Below, in pieces: positions 50,598 to 60,450 of a stretch of 64,000 nt of DNA. This stretch comes from Desulfobulbaceae bacterium DB1 (lineage in GTDB: Bacteria; Desulfobacterota; Desulfobulbia; Desulfobulbales; SURF-16). The position numbers and the translations under genes are program-made. A model generated the notes under the pieces. That model was not told the origin of the DNA. It saw only the letters and a program-made list of their open reading frames with translations, and did not search any database. The stretch is from positions 203,234-267,233 of the forward strand of contig MQUF01000006.1 of NCBI GenBank assembly GCA_001914235.1, read 5' to 3'. Positions within the stretch are counted from its first letter, which is position 1; each line of letters begins with the position of its first letter.

Positions 50598-51518
50598 CTA
50601 TTTTTCGGGGGGATTACCAGCCCACAACGACCGCAAATAATGGGATAATTCATTTAAATCAGATTCATTCAGGCGAATTGAATTGGAAACCTCAAAAGAT
50701 TCTGGAACCGCGTTGACTTGCTCAAGTGATACTCCTTTCTGTTTTTTGTAAAAATCACAAAAACCAGAAACTATCTCTTGGGTTTTTTTGCAAAAGACCT
50801 CATAGTTGATGTTAAAGACTGGCAGGTTTTTGCAATTTCCAATGTCACAATCCATGTTTTTTTCCAAATAGTAAATTTGTTCGCAAACCTGTTTGATTGG
50901 AGTACTGTTTTTTATCTGTTCGAATTCCTTTGGCTTAACAGAGAACCAATGACCGGTAGTGCCAAATACCCTTTCCCTCCCCAATAAAACTGATTGGGCG
51001 GTCAAGAGGTGGTTTCGGTGAACTCGAATAAGCACCATATCAGGGAAAGCCTTTCTGAGAGCCAAGATTCGCACACAATGTCCTTGCGATTTATTGATAA
51101 AAGGAGCGCCAAAGTAGGCTTCAACATGTGCTATTGTTCCTTGCATTTCTTTTAATTGCCAATCAGACAGATGGCCTTCGCTGACATAGCTTTGATCTGG
51201 TGGAAACCATCTGCACCATATGTGTCGGCCTTGGCTTGGAGCATTCCAGCCAAGCGTTTCACCATAATTGTTTTTCAAAGAATGCTTAGGAATGAACGGT
51301 TTCAATTTTGAAGCAATGAGTGAAACGAGACATGGATTCTCTGGAAATTTGTCAACCACATTACAAAAATATGAAAGTTTTAAGGCCCGAGTCAATACGA
51401 GATATATCAGTGTGGTGCCAGACCGAGGTGGTCCCACAATAAAAATAGGAGGATATTTAGGGCCATGGCTATTGACTATTTTTTTTTTTTCGTACTGATC
51501 CAGTAGAGTTAGTATCAT
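50598..51518 (-). CDS. sulfotransferase-family protein
   Basis: GPKYPPIFIVGPPRSGTTLIYLVLTRALKLSY (PAPS 5'-phosphate loop-like), DMVLIRVHRNHLLTAQSVLLGR. Confidence 0.85.
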   Translation of the reverse strand: MILTLLDQYEKKKIVNSHGPKYPPIFIVGPPRSGTTLIYLVLTRALKLSYFCNVVDKFPENPCLVSLIASKLKPFIPKHSLKNNYGETLGWNAPSQGRHIWCRWFPPDQSYVSEGHLSDWQLKEMQGTIAHVEAYFGAPFINKSQGHCVRILALRKAFPDMVLIRVHRNHLLTAQSVLLGRERVFGTTGHWFSVKPKEFEQIKNSTPIKQVCEQIYYLEKNMDCDIGNCKNLPVFNINYEVFCKKTQEIVSGFCDFYKKQKGVSLEQVNAVPESFEVSNSIRLNESDLNELSHYLRSLWAGNPPEK

Positions 51519-51561
51519 TTTCTTAAAGAATTTATAGTTTCTACAGAGGTGGCACCGGTTA

Positions 51562-52340
51562 TTAGAATAGGTTAGCGGCTAAAATAAGGTGGAAAGCCGT
51601 CATGTTTAAGCCGCCAATTTGATAACCTGGCCTTTGTAGCCGGGTCGGTCTTTTTGCCAATATGCCCTCATCCAGAGTTCTGTCGTCAAGGTCGGAATTA
51701 GGACGCCGTGTGTTATAAAAATTAATCCAGCGATTGAGGCCTTGTCGTACCTCGCTTCCGGTTTCAAAAGCATGGAGATAAATACATTCGTACTTCAGTG
51801 AGCGCCATAGCCTTTCGATCATAAAATTATCTATCCAGCGTCCTTTACCATCCATGGAGATGCGGATGTCCGCGTCTTTGAGCGCATCGGTAAAATCCTC
51901 GCTGGTAAACTGGTTGCCCTGATCGGTATTGAAAATTTCTGGTTTGCCATAGCGAGCCAGGGCCTCTTCAAGTGCGGCCACGCAGAAATCGGAGTCCATG
52001 GTGTGGGATAACCGCCAGGACAAAACTTTGCGACTGGACCAATTCATAATCGCTACCATATACAGAAAACCCAGCCGCATCGGGACATAGCTAATATCAA
52101 CACACCAGACCTGATTGGCCCTGTTGATCGTCATGCCGCGCAACAAGGTAAGGATAAATCTTGTGCAACGGATGTGGTTTCGGGGTGTTCGGCTTCTGGT
52201 AAATGGCCGAGAGACCCATCTGCCGCATCAGGGGCGTCCGATTCGTTTGCGATTCACCCCATAGCCCGACGACGCAGATGCCGGGACATCTGTCGGGCTC
52301 CGCACCAAAGCGTTTCGAGATACTGCTCGTCGATCAGGTG
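51562..52340 (-). pseudogene. Decayed IS3-family OrfB, frame-disrupted
   Basis: MTINRANQVWCVDISYVPMRLGFLYMVAIMNWSSRKVLSW...FNTDQGNQFTSEDF. The upstream continuation (...GYGVNRKRIGRP, then NHIRCTRFILTLLRG) is in other frames. Confidence 0.8.
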
Positions 52341-52377
52341 CATCAATTCCAAGTTCAGGGCAGTTTAGACGAACAGG

Positions 52378-53490
52378 CTATTCTTTGTTACGAGGAGGTG
52401 AAATTTCATAATTCAAAAAATCATTTGGATCTCCAGTTTTGCCGTCTTCTGCCGCCCTGACAATGTTGTAAGCTTCTCTCGCGGTTACATAATGTAGTCG
52501 GTATTCACCTTGAGAATATTTTTTTTCTAAATAGGAAAACATATCATCAACCACATCACTAAATATTGTTTTTCGGCTTTGGATGCCATGCGTATACACT
52601 TTCACGAATATCCATTCGGGGCGGCCTTTAACATGAATATTGGCATTAATCCAACTATCTATTTTTTTAGAATCAGGTGTGAGCCTTGATTCGACAGCCC
52701 CATAATCTTTTAAGGTGAGAGGGCCTTGGAAAATCATAAGGTCTCTCTTGTTTGAGCTACCAACCTGCACGTCAACTCCAGAATTGTATGATTTATTTTC
52801 ATCGTCCTCCTCAGCATAATATATGCTGTTTATTTTTGCCGGCTGCGATTTATTCCCAAAGCTCGGAAAGGTGAAATCTGCGTAACAGCCTGCCTTTTTG
52901 AGAATTTCCAGTTCTCTACTAACACCGCAATGTTCAATTTTTCCAGAATTGTCCAGTGCCCAATTCCCATGGATAAATCCAAAATTTACGCAGCCTTCAC
53001 GAGAGATCATAACGCCATAAGTGTTGAACCACTGCACAGCTTTTTCAAGTTTTTCGGGAAATGTTGCATTTGTGTCATTTCCATGATGCCAATGGAATTC
53101 AATTTCTCCGTAGTCCTCTCTGGTAAAGGAGCTTAAAGCGGCCATTATCGTATCATTTCGCTGATCATAGGCAAAAAACCACGTATGTTGTGGTTTTCTT
53201 CCGTAGCTATCGCTATGACGATCCGCTAGGCTTCGGTAATTTGCCAGCCAATTTTTATTTTTTTCTTCCCCATTTTCCCACCCCGGCTCATAATGATCTA
53301 CGAAAAGAAACAGTATATGTTTTACTCCAGACACCTGTTCAGGGCGTTCCAAGACCTGACGTATATAATCGGGGAGCCAGATATACATTTTCCATCGTAT
53401 GATTTTAAATACTGGAACTGCGATAAGCAAAAGTGCAACTAGTGTGAGTATGACAAATAAATATAATCTATTGTCTAGAGTTGTAGTCAT
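52378..53490 (-). CDS. membrane-anchored polysaccharide-deacetylase-like / hypothetical protein
   Basis: N-terminal TM; VKHILFLFVDHYEPGW, YGEIEFHWHHGND, FGFIHGNWALDNSG, YADFTFPSFG. The pattern suggests a carbohydrate-esterase-like NodB fold. Confidence 0.5.
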   Translation of the reverse strand: MTTTLDNRLYLFVILTLVALLLIAVPVFKIIRWKMYIWLPDYIRQVLERPEQVSGVKHILFLFVDHYEPGWENGEEKNKNWLANYRSLADRHSDSYGRKPQHTWFFAYDQRNDTIMAALSSFTREDYGEIEFHWHHGNDTNATFPEKLEKAVQWFNTYGVMISREGCVNFGFIHGNWALDNSGKIEHCGVSRELEILKKAGCYADFTFPSFGNKSQPAKINSIYYAEEDDENKSYNSGVDVQVGSSNKRDLMIFQGPLTLKDYGAVESRLTPDSKKIDSWINANIHVKGRPEWIFVKVYTHGIQSRKTIFSDVVDDMFSYLEKKYSQGEYRLHYVTAREAYNIVRAAEDGKTGDPNDFLNYEISPPRNKE

Positions 53491-53648
53491 TTTATTCCCT
53501 TGATAGCTGCTTGTGCAGGCACTGATTCAGGATTATCTATAAATAACCATGGCCTTCTTGTTCAAGACGATCTTTTGCTGCAACTCCGTCACGGATTAAA
53601 GGAAGACTACCAACATAAGCAGCATGAAGATCAAAATTTGAAAAGGAC

Positions 53649-54218
53649 TTAAAAAATTTTTTTGGCTAATTTTGCAGGATTTCCTGCCATGAGAGAAAAA
53701 TCTTCTGTTCTCGACGTAACCACACTTCCTGCCGCAATGACATTTTGGAGACCTAAGTCAGCCATAATTATTGCCCCATTACCTATCCAGCAATTTTCCC
53801 CAATGCGGACTTTAATGAATTCCCCAGATTGTTCTTGAATAGGCACACCTATTTGCGCATAACCGTGTTGATGCTTCCCGCTTAGGATATTGACTCCGCT
53901 ACCAATGGTGACATGATTCTCAAGAACCGCCTTACCAAGAATACAGTAACTCCCTATGTAATAACCTAATCCCAGTTCAGCCTCCGATTGAGAAAAAAAA
54001 GTGCCGAACCCAATATATCCATGGGAGGAACAGCGTTTTAGAGTCTGACAATAATATGCCACACGAAGATAACTGCCTGCCTTGCCAGGAACCAGCGCCA
54101 ATAATTGAGCCTGGCCAGCAAATAGTGAAGACGATTGCGATAGTCGAAAAATCATGGCCAGCGGGAATGTGCAAATGAGAGCAAGGAGCTGTAATATTTT
54201 TTTCAATAACTCTTTCAC
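53649..54218 (-). CDS. hexapeptide-repeat acyltransferase
   Basis: YIGSYCILGKAVLENHVTIGSGVNILSG, VRIGENCWIGNGAIIMADLGLQNVIAAGSVVT. Confidence 0.88.
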   Translation of the reverse strand: MKELLKKILQLLALICTFPLAMIFRLSQSSSLFAGQAQLLALVPGKAGSYLRVAYYCQTLKRCSSHGYIGFGTFFSQSEAELGLGYYIGSYCILGKAVLENHVTIGSGVNILSGKHQHGYAQIGVPIQEQSGEFIKVRIGENCWIGNGAIIMADLGLQNVIAAGSVVTSRTEDFSLMAGNPAKLAKKIF

Positions 54219-55348
54219 CCGTGGTCTCCTACCAGCTTATGGTAAAGATTTTGATAGGCCGCAACCATCGACTCTTTTGCAAAAAGCTCTTGGACAATCT
54301 TTCTGTTTAGTGCGGAAACCGACTCATGATTCATTCGTAGAGCTCCAAGAATGCCTCTAGCAAGCCCTTCGCTTGCACTATCAAGGGAAATTACAAATCC
54401 ATTGACTCCGCCTTGAACGGCCTCTCTCGCACCTCCAACATCTGTGACAACAACAGGCAGTCCGCATGCCAGATATTCAACTAACGCATTAGAAAAACTC
54501 TCCGAATGTGAAGCCAGGACACCCACATCCATATCCAAGAGAAGATCGGCAACATCCTCTCTCTTCCCAAGAAAGAAAACATATTTCGATAATGACAATT
54601 CGGAGGCCAACCGTTCAAGCCGTTTACGCTCTTGGCCCTCCCCGATAATTACGAAATAAACTGATGATATCTGGTCCGCAACTATTCTGGCTGCTCGCAG
54701 GAAAATTTCATGGCCCTTAACAGGCCTGAGGTTTGCCACGATGCAAACAAGTCGAGCACAATCTGGGGTATTATATTCCTTGCGGAGATTGACCTTCGCC
54801 TTACGGGACAAATCATAGTATTCTAACTCAATCCCATTCAGAATTACGGAAATTTTTTGCCCTGGAATTCCTTCTCGTTTCATAGCCCACTGCTTTGTGC
54901 TATGGGAATTCGCAATGAAATGGGTTGTCAAGCAATTCAAAAAACGAAGTTGAAGGAGTTCCAAAAGACCAATCCAATAACCCTGATTTCTTCTTGAGGA
55001 GATAACAGACTTTACACCAGCCAAACAACCAGCAACCACACCAATTTTGTTCGCATCCACGAAATAGGTCTGGACAATATCGATTCTTTCCTGCTTCAAA
55101 TATCGTACAAATTTGAGAAGTTGCATGACGGAACGGAAACATCTTAGTGCCCCAAATTCAAGATCAATTAGGGGGCAGTCTTTAAATGTTTCCTTGAGCC
55201 AAGGGGAAGATCGAAGGACACAAAGATATGGTAAAAATTTACGTCTATCCAAATTACGTATGAGCAGCAGCAACTGCTTCTCCGTCCCTGCTGTCGGTGA
55301 TTCAATTGTATCGATAACGAAGGCAATTTTAATCATACGTTGATCCAT
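54215..55348 (-). CDS. glycosyltransferase family 4
   Basis: FVIDTIESPTAGTEKQLLLLIRNLD, YFVDANKIGVVAG, ILNGIELEYYDL, GKREDVADLLLDMDVGVLASHSESFSNALVEYLACGLPVVVTDVGGAREAV. Confidence 0.92.
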   Translation of the reverse strand: MDQRMIKIAFVIDTIESPTAGTEKQLLLLIRNLDRRKFLPYLCVLRSSPWLKETFKDCPLIDLEFGALRCFRSVMQLLKFVRYLKQERIDIVQTYFVDANKIGVVAGCLAGVKSVISSRRNQGYWIGLLELLQLRFLNCLTTHFIANSHSTKQWAMKREGIPGQKISVILNGIELEYYDLSRKAKVNLRKEYNTPDCARLVCIVANLRPVKGHEIFLRAARIVADQISSVYFVIIGEGQERKRLERLASELSLSKYVFFLGKREDVADLLLDMDVGVLASHSESFSNALVEYLACGLPVVVTDVGGAREAVQGGVNGFVISLDSASEGLARGILGALRMNHESVSALNRKIVQELFAKESMVAAYQNLYHKLVGDHG

Positions 55349-55363
55349 GGGTCTTGAGAAGTT

Positions 55364-56407
55364 TCATTCGAAATCTCTAAAAATAAATATTTCTTTTAAG
55401 AACCCCCACCCCAACGAAAAATGAATCCCAAAAAAAATCAACGGAAGAATAAATTTATATTGCCATCCGTTTCTCACGGAAATATCAGCGCTAAAATAAA
55501 GAATTAACCCAGCATAAAGTAAATACGGAAAAATAAACACGCCTGCTAAAACATTCGCAGTATCCGTTATAAAGACTCCCACGAAAACCATTATAATGGC
55601 AGCCAATCCAAGAACAAAAAATAAAGGCACAAGTTGGTTGAAAGTTAGCGCTTCAGGGTGCTTACGAACAAAACGCCTTCTCCCCTGCCCATAGCGGCAT
55701 AATTGCCGGAATAGAGCGCTTAAAGATTCCCGAGGATAATATTGCACGGCAAGGGATGGCGCCGTGTAGCAAGTCAAGCCCGCCTTTTCGACCCGGTAGT
55801 TAAACTCCACATCCTCACAGGCATCAAATGTTTCATCAACATAGCCAACTTTCTCAAAAACATTTCTTCGATAAGCCGCACCATTGCTGGTTGGGCTGAC
55901 AAAACCCTCATAATCACTGTATATGAATGAATCGCCACCGTGCCCTATTCGTGAAGCCCTGGCAAGCGCTACAGCTTTTTGAAAATCTGTGAGACCGGGA
56001 GGGTCCAGTGGTTGCGGCCTGCCGAGGCAGTCAGCCCCGGATTTTTCAAAACAATCCGCAATATTTCGAATTAACTGATTATTCGGCAGAAAACAATGCC
56101 CGTCAATGACCACAAAATATTCCCCGGAACCGGCTTTAAAGCCAATATTACGCCCTGCGCTTGATCGTTTCTTTGGATTTTCCAGCAATTTTATTTGCGA
56201 ATGTTCGCGGGCCATACGCTGGACAATTTCCCTGGTGGCATCTTGGGACATTCCATCAACTACAATGATTTCCAAACGGTCCGCTGGATACTCCTGGGTA
56301 AGAAGCTGCCGCAATGTTCCTTCGATAAAACGTGCCTCATTATACACAGGCATAACAACAGTAACGACAGGAAAATTTGCCTTATCCGGCAATGCAGTTT
56401 TTTTCAT
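55364..56407 (-). CDS. glycosyltransferase family 2, ExoA-like
   Basis: VTVVMPVYNEARFIEGTLRQLLTQEYPADRLEIIVVDGMSQDATREIV, EDVEFNYRVEKAG, PRESLSALFRQLCRYGQGRRRFVRKHPE. Confidence 0.9.
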   Translation of the reverse strand: MKKTALPDKANFPVVTVVMPVYNEARFIEGTLRQLLTQEYPADRLEIIVVDGMSQDATREIVQRMAREHSQIKLLENPKKRSSAGRNIGFKAGSGEYFVVIDGHCFLPNNQLIRNIADCFEKSGADCLGRPQPLDPPGLTDFQKAVALARASRIGHGGDSFIYSDYEGFVSPTSNGAAYRRNVFEKVGYVDETFDACEDVEFNYRVEKAGLTCYTAPSLAVQYYPRESLSALFRQLCRYGQGRRRFVRKHPEALTFNQLVPLFFVLGLAAIIMVFVGVFITDTANVLAGVFIFPYLLYAGLILYFSADISVRNGWQYKFILPLIFFGIHFSLGWGFLKEIFIFRDFE

Positions 56408-57573
56408 ATGGACAACAAAGTTCGATAAATACCCTGGAGATTAATTGATTGTTCCCCAAAACTAAATTCAGCCCTGACCCGATTGTATCCGGCCTCACCC
56501 ATAACGCGCATTTTTTCCGGATCATCCAGACTTTTTGCAATGGCATTGGCCAGCAAATCAGAACGTTCTTTGTCCACCAAATATCCGTTTTCTCCGTCAA
56601 CAACAAGCTCTGGAACACCTCCTACACTGGTCGCCAGAACAGGTTTTGCCAAGGCAAACGATTCAAGTATGACATTGGGAAGCCCCTCTGTTAAAGAGGG
56701 CAGAACCATAAGATCCATGGCCAGAAAAAACTCCTGAATATTCCTCTGAAACCCAGGGAAGCGGCATTTACCGTAAACGCCAAGCTTTTTCGCCTGCTCA
56801 ATAAGGGCAGTATAACAGGGGCCATCACCGCAAAAAATAAAAACAGCCTCATTGCCTTCCTGATTCAATCTCGCCACGGCATCAACCAGGAAACGATGGC
56901 CTTTCTCTGGGCTCAGGCGGCCGGCCGCGACGACTATCTTCGCGTCAGAGGGAATATCGAACCGGGAATGTATTGCCTGTTTCGCAGCTTCAACCTGTGC
57001 ATCATCCCTCGGCGGGACAACAACAGCATTGTGCACAACCCAACTTCGTCTCCCATCTACTCCAAAAGAGGCAAGTTTCTGCCTTTGTCCTTCGGAAACC
57101 GATATAATACCGTCAACTCTTTTTAAAACCTGCCTGTCAAGCCATTCATAAAAGGCGACTTTTTTGTTTTCCGCAGTATAACCCCGCGAAAAGGCAAGAA
57201 CAGAGATTTTATTTTTCCGCCCGCAAAGCCACCCCATGACAGTCGCCTTATAACCGTGAACGCAGAGAATATCTATTTTATTTTTTTTGATAAAACTATC
57301 CAGTATGGATAAAGCCTTGAAGTCAATCGGACCAGCCATGGGGATGGCTTGAGTTGTAATGCCGACAACCGCAGCCTTTTCAAGAATTTCATTTTGTTCG
57401 CCTTCCATGAAAGAGGCGACAATGCCATAAAACTGTTCGGGATCCAAACGCTGAAGATGTTCAACTATTTGTTTCTCCGGTCCTCCATAAAAATTGGTGG
57501 CTATAAGGTGGCAAATCTTTATCGTCATTGTAATTGTTCGAAAAATCATTATGAGCGTGGCGTGCGGGCCCAA
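56404..57573 (-). CDS. glycosyltransferase family 4
   Basis: GPEKQIVEHLQRLD, LCVHGYKATVMG, VAAGRLSPEKGHRFLVDAVARL, MDLMVLPSLTEGLPNVILESFALAKPVLATSVGGVPELV. Confidence 0.93.
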   Translation of the reverse strand: MGPHATLIMIFRTITMTIKICHLIATNFYGGPEKQIVEHLQRLDPEQFYGIVASFMEGEQNEILEKAAVVGITTQAIPMAGPIDFKALSILDSFIKKNKIDILCVHGYKATVMGWLCGRKNKISVLAFSRGYTAENKKVAFYEWLDRQVLKRVDGIISVSEGQRQKLASFGVDGRRSWVVHNAVVVPPRDDAQVEAAKQAIHSRFDIPSDAKIVVAAGRLSPEKGHRFLVDAVARLNQEGNEAVFIFCGDGPCYTALIEQAKKLGVYGKCRFPGFQRNIQEFFLAMDLMVLPSLTEGLPNVILESFALAKPVLATSVGGVPELVVDGENGYLVDKERSDLLANAIAKSLDDPEKMRVMGEAGYNRVRAEFSFGEQSINLQGIYRTLLSI

Positions 57574-58739
57574 TCATCCTTTTTAAACCCGATTAATCCA
57601 AGCATGGAAACAAACATCAGGTTAATAACCGTAACCGGGACTTGCATTAAGTAAAAAAATCTGCGCCAGGATAAACCAAACCGGTATATACCAACCACGA
57701 AATAGGCAATATACAAAAACGTTACAACAAGCGCGAAAATCAACAGAAAAGTTGAAAAATCTCCGGGTGCAAAAAAAACACATGCAATAGATACCAACAC
57801 TGCCGCGCATAGCCCCAAAAGAAGAAGAGGTTTACTCAAAACAAGGAAAGACCAACCCGCATCAGCTACGGCCATATTTCTGTTTTTTACCCCCTCCAGT
57901 ATCAGGTTGAAAGCTTCTTTTTTACCAAAACTCAGGTTGCCGCTGGCCCAACGGGTTCTCTGCACTTTGAGCTGTTCATGCGTTACCGGAAAAGGAGAAA
58001 TTACCCGAACTTTTTTTAAAAATTTTATTGCATAGTTCGCCTTGATCAGAGACAAGCTGTATTCAATATCTTCTACGATCGAATGAGCATCCCATGGATA
58101 CTTGCGCAAAACATCCGCCTTGATGGCCATTCCGGTTCCGCGAAGAATCACCGCCATGCCAAGCTGTGATTTAGGGGCATAAAATAATTCGTTCTCAATG
58201 AAATTCCCCACCGCGAGGGCATAACTCATCGGTGATTCATCAGGGTTTCCAACACAATAATTTATCTGTATAACCTCATCGCCTTGAGCTAAAACGACGG
58301 TAAGTTCCGCCAAAGTCCCCGCATCCAGCAGACAGTCCGCATCAACTACAAGTATTACATCAAAATCTTCCTGAAGAATACGGTCAAAAGCCCAAGCCAA
58401 GGCAAAGCCCTTTCCTTTATTGCTGTCATCAAATCTTTCAAAAACTGCAACGTCGTGTTTCCTCGCCATATCCGCAGTTTTATCCGTGCAATTATCGGCA
58501 ACGACAAAAATTTGATATTTATCAGCAGGGTATTCCAAGCCTTTACAAGAGGAAAGGGTTGCTGCAATGACATCCTCTTCATTATGCGCAGGAATGACAA
58601 TGGCAAATGTAATTTTTTTATTACCCTTTATCGTTTCATCCTTTGCCCGGGAAAAAGAGGCGAAAAGTAAAAACCAGTAATAGAGACAAACGACTGACAA
58701 CAAAAAAAGGATAATGATACAAAAGAGTTGCAGCAGCAT
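57549..58739 (-). CDS. membrane glycosyltransferase family 2
   Basis: FAIVIPAHNEEDVIAATLSSCKGLEYPADKYQIFVVADNCTDKTADMAR, VVDADCLLD, DAHSIVEDIEYSLSL, RVQRTRWASGN. Confidence 0.92.
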   Translation of the reverse strand: MLLQLFCIIILFLLSVVCLYYWFLLFASFSRAKDETIKGNKKITFAIVIPAHNEEDVIAATLSSCKGLEYPADKYQIFVVADNCTDKTADMARKHDVAVFERFDDSNKGKGFALAWAFDRILQEDFDVILVVDADCLLDAGTLAELTVVLAQGDEVIQINYCVGNPDESPMSYALAVGNFIENELFYAPKSQLGMAVILRGTGMAIKADVLRKYPWDAHSIVEDIEYSLSLIKANYAIKFLKKVRVISPFPVTHEQLKVQRTRWASGNLSFGKKEAFNLILEGVKNRNMAVADAGWSFLVLSKPLLLLGLCAAVLVSIACVFFAPGDFSTFLLIFALVVTFLYIAYFVVGIYRFGLSWRRFFYLMQVPVTVINLMFVSMLGLIGFKKDDWARTPRS

Positions 58740-58757
58740 AGCTAATTAAGAAAATTC

Positions 58758-59615
58758 CTACTTATTTTGATTACTCTTATTTTCAAGCAGTGATTTGAAC
58801 CCTATTAATATCATCAACCCCAAAACAAAAACAAGCCACCCGGAAAAATCGTGAAGAAACCCCTGTGCCACTCCTTCGCCGAACCTGTGCGCAAGGGCCG
58901 CAGTACCCGTTAATCGGATGATATTAGCCAGTACAGCAATCGGTGCAGCAGCAAGAAAAAGAAGCCATTTTTTTATGACGGTTCCTTTTGCCATATAGGC
59001 AAGAACCGCACTCAGCGCGAACATAGTCACAAGTGACCGCAGCCCCGAGCAGGCATCAACTACTTCGAGAGTTGTTTGAGCGAGATGCAAAACATTCCCC
59101 TCACGGAAAATAGGGATTCCCAAGGCAAGGATCACCTTTTCAGTAATTGCGGATGCAAAGAGCTGCATCGGAAAGGCAAATTTGTTCCAGATAATAGCGG
59201 GAACAGGAATCATAAAAAAAAGATAGACAAGAGGAAACCAAATCTTTTTTGCAAATTCTTTCCCTGCCAAAAAAAGAGCTGCCCCAAAAAGGACAACAAT
59301 CATTGAAGTTCTTTGCAGGAAATATTCGGAACCTATTTTCGCAACAACAAGTTGCATGAGGCCGATGATTATCAGGACAAAGCCCCAATTTGTCGGGAGG
59401 ATACGCCCCTTCTTAAGTTCATCTCGCATTTCATAAATAAGATATGCGGATATAAACGGAATGAAATAACCGTGCGAGTAATTATCGTTAACCTCCCAGT
59501 CTGCTATCATTGTCAGGATAAAAGGATAGTAGAGGAAAGCAAACGCCGCAAAAAAAATAATTGCCTGCACACCCAATTTTCCGTGTGTTGCATTCATCTG
59601 AAAAGGCTTCGTCAT
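58758..59615 (-). CDS. exosortase, XrtA-like
   Basis: NYSHGYFIPFISAYLIY, TLEVVDACSGLRSLVTMFALSAVLAYM, IAVLANIIRLTGTAAL, FLHDFSGWLVFVLG (Cys, Arg, His motifs). Confidence 0.93.
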   Translation of the reverse strand: MTKPFQMNATHGKLGVQAIIFFAAFAFLYYPFILTMIADWEVNDNYSHGYFIPFISAYLIYEMRDELKKGRILPTNWGFVLIIIGLMQLVVAKIGSEYFLQRTSMIVVLFGAALFLAGKEFAKKIWFPLVYLFFMIPVPAIIWNKFAFPMQLFASAITEKVILALGIPIFREGNVLHLAQTTLEVVDACSGLRSLVTMFALSAVLAYMAKGTVIKKWLLFLAAAPIAVLANIIRLTGTAALAHRFGEGVAQGFLHDFSGWLVFVLGLMILIGFKSLLENKSNQNK

Positions 59616-60268
59616 ATTTCTTTCCCCGGCAGGTAATCCTGAAGTGTAACCATGACATCTTCCGCAAACTTTTTCACAAGCTCTTCAGTTTCCCGGATAT
59701 TCTCTTCCCTGGTCGGCGCCATGATACGAATAAACGAGCCATCCCGGCGCTGCTTGAAGAGGGCATCCAGAACTGTATAGATTTTATCCCAGTACTCGGA
59801 ATAAATTATTCTGCCTCGATTTTGAAACCAATACAACGTTATTTGCCGGTCAGCACCGTTCTGGATAATCATGGAATTTATGATGGATGATGGAGCGGAT
59901 TGAGGCTGCAACCGGACAGTTGAGAGCTCAGCAATTCCCCAGCCACCCCCAGGAAGGCAGTTGCGCGGTGAATGGTATCCGCCGGTTACGCCAATGGAAG
60001 AAAAGTAACTTACATATAAATTCACAACTGTTCCATTTCCAGAAGCATAATTGTACTCGATGTAATCGTTTACACCCAGCATATCGATTGTTGGCTGCGA
60101 CAGCGTCTTTGAACTGACAACCTTCCATTCTCCTATTTGCGTGGGGAACTGAGATAGAGGTTTTAGAATGGGAACATCTCTGACCGCTTGGCTAAGGTGT
60201 ATCGCCAGGTATGTAAGACCGAACAAGAGCAGTATGATAGTTAAGCGAAACGAAGGCTTTAATTGCAT
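59612..60268 (-). CDS. EpsI-family exosortase-associated protein
   Basis: FPTQIGEWKVVSSKTLSQPTIDMLGVNDYIEYNY, VYVSYF, HSPRNCLPGGGWGIAE, YWFQNRGRIIYSEYWDKIYTVLDA. Confidence 0.92.
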   Translation of the reverse strand: MQLKPSFRLTIILLLFGLTYLAIHLSQAVRDVPILKPLSQFPTQIGEWKVVSSKTLSQPTIDMLGVNDYIEYNYASGNGTVVNLYVSYFSSIGVTGGYHSPRNCLPGGGWGIAELSTVRLQPQSAPSSIINSMIIQNGADRQITLYWFQNRGRIIYSEYWDKIYTVLDALFKQRRDGSFIRIMAPTREENIRETEELVKKFAEDVMVTLQDYLPGKEI

Positions 60269-60450
60269 GGTGATTTCCCAGCGACTCTTTTAATGTTCAT
60301 CCGGTTAATAATCAAGTATTCCAACATAATTCGCTCAAGCCGATGTTGAGCTTAAGGAACACAAAAAAAACGGGCTGTAGTTGCAATTATCTCTTTTATG
60401 CTCTCCTCTTCATTTTTTTGTTTTTCGTTAAACTTCCTCAACTGTGTCAA

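Noticed and set aside
50426-50716. 96-aa ORF between the IS3 and the sulfotransferase gene
   Set aside because: Overlaps the IS-end remnant and the 3' end of the sulfotransferase gene; likely spurious.
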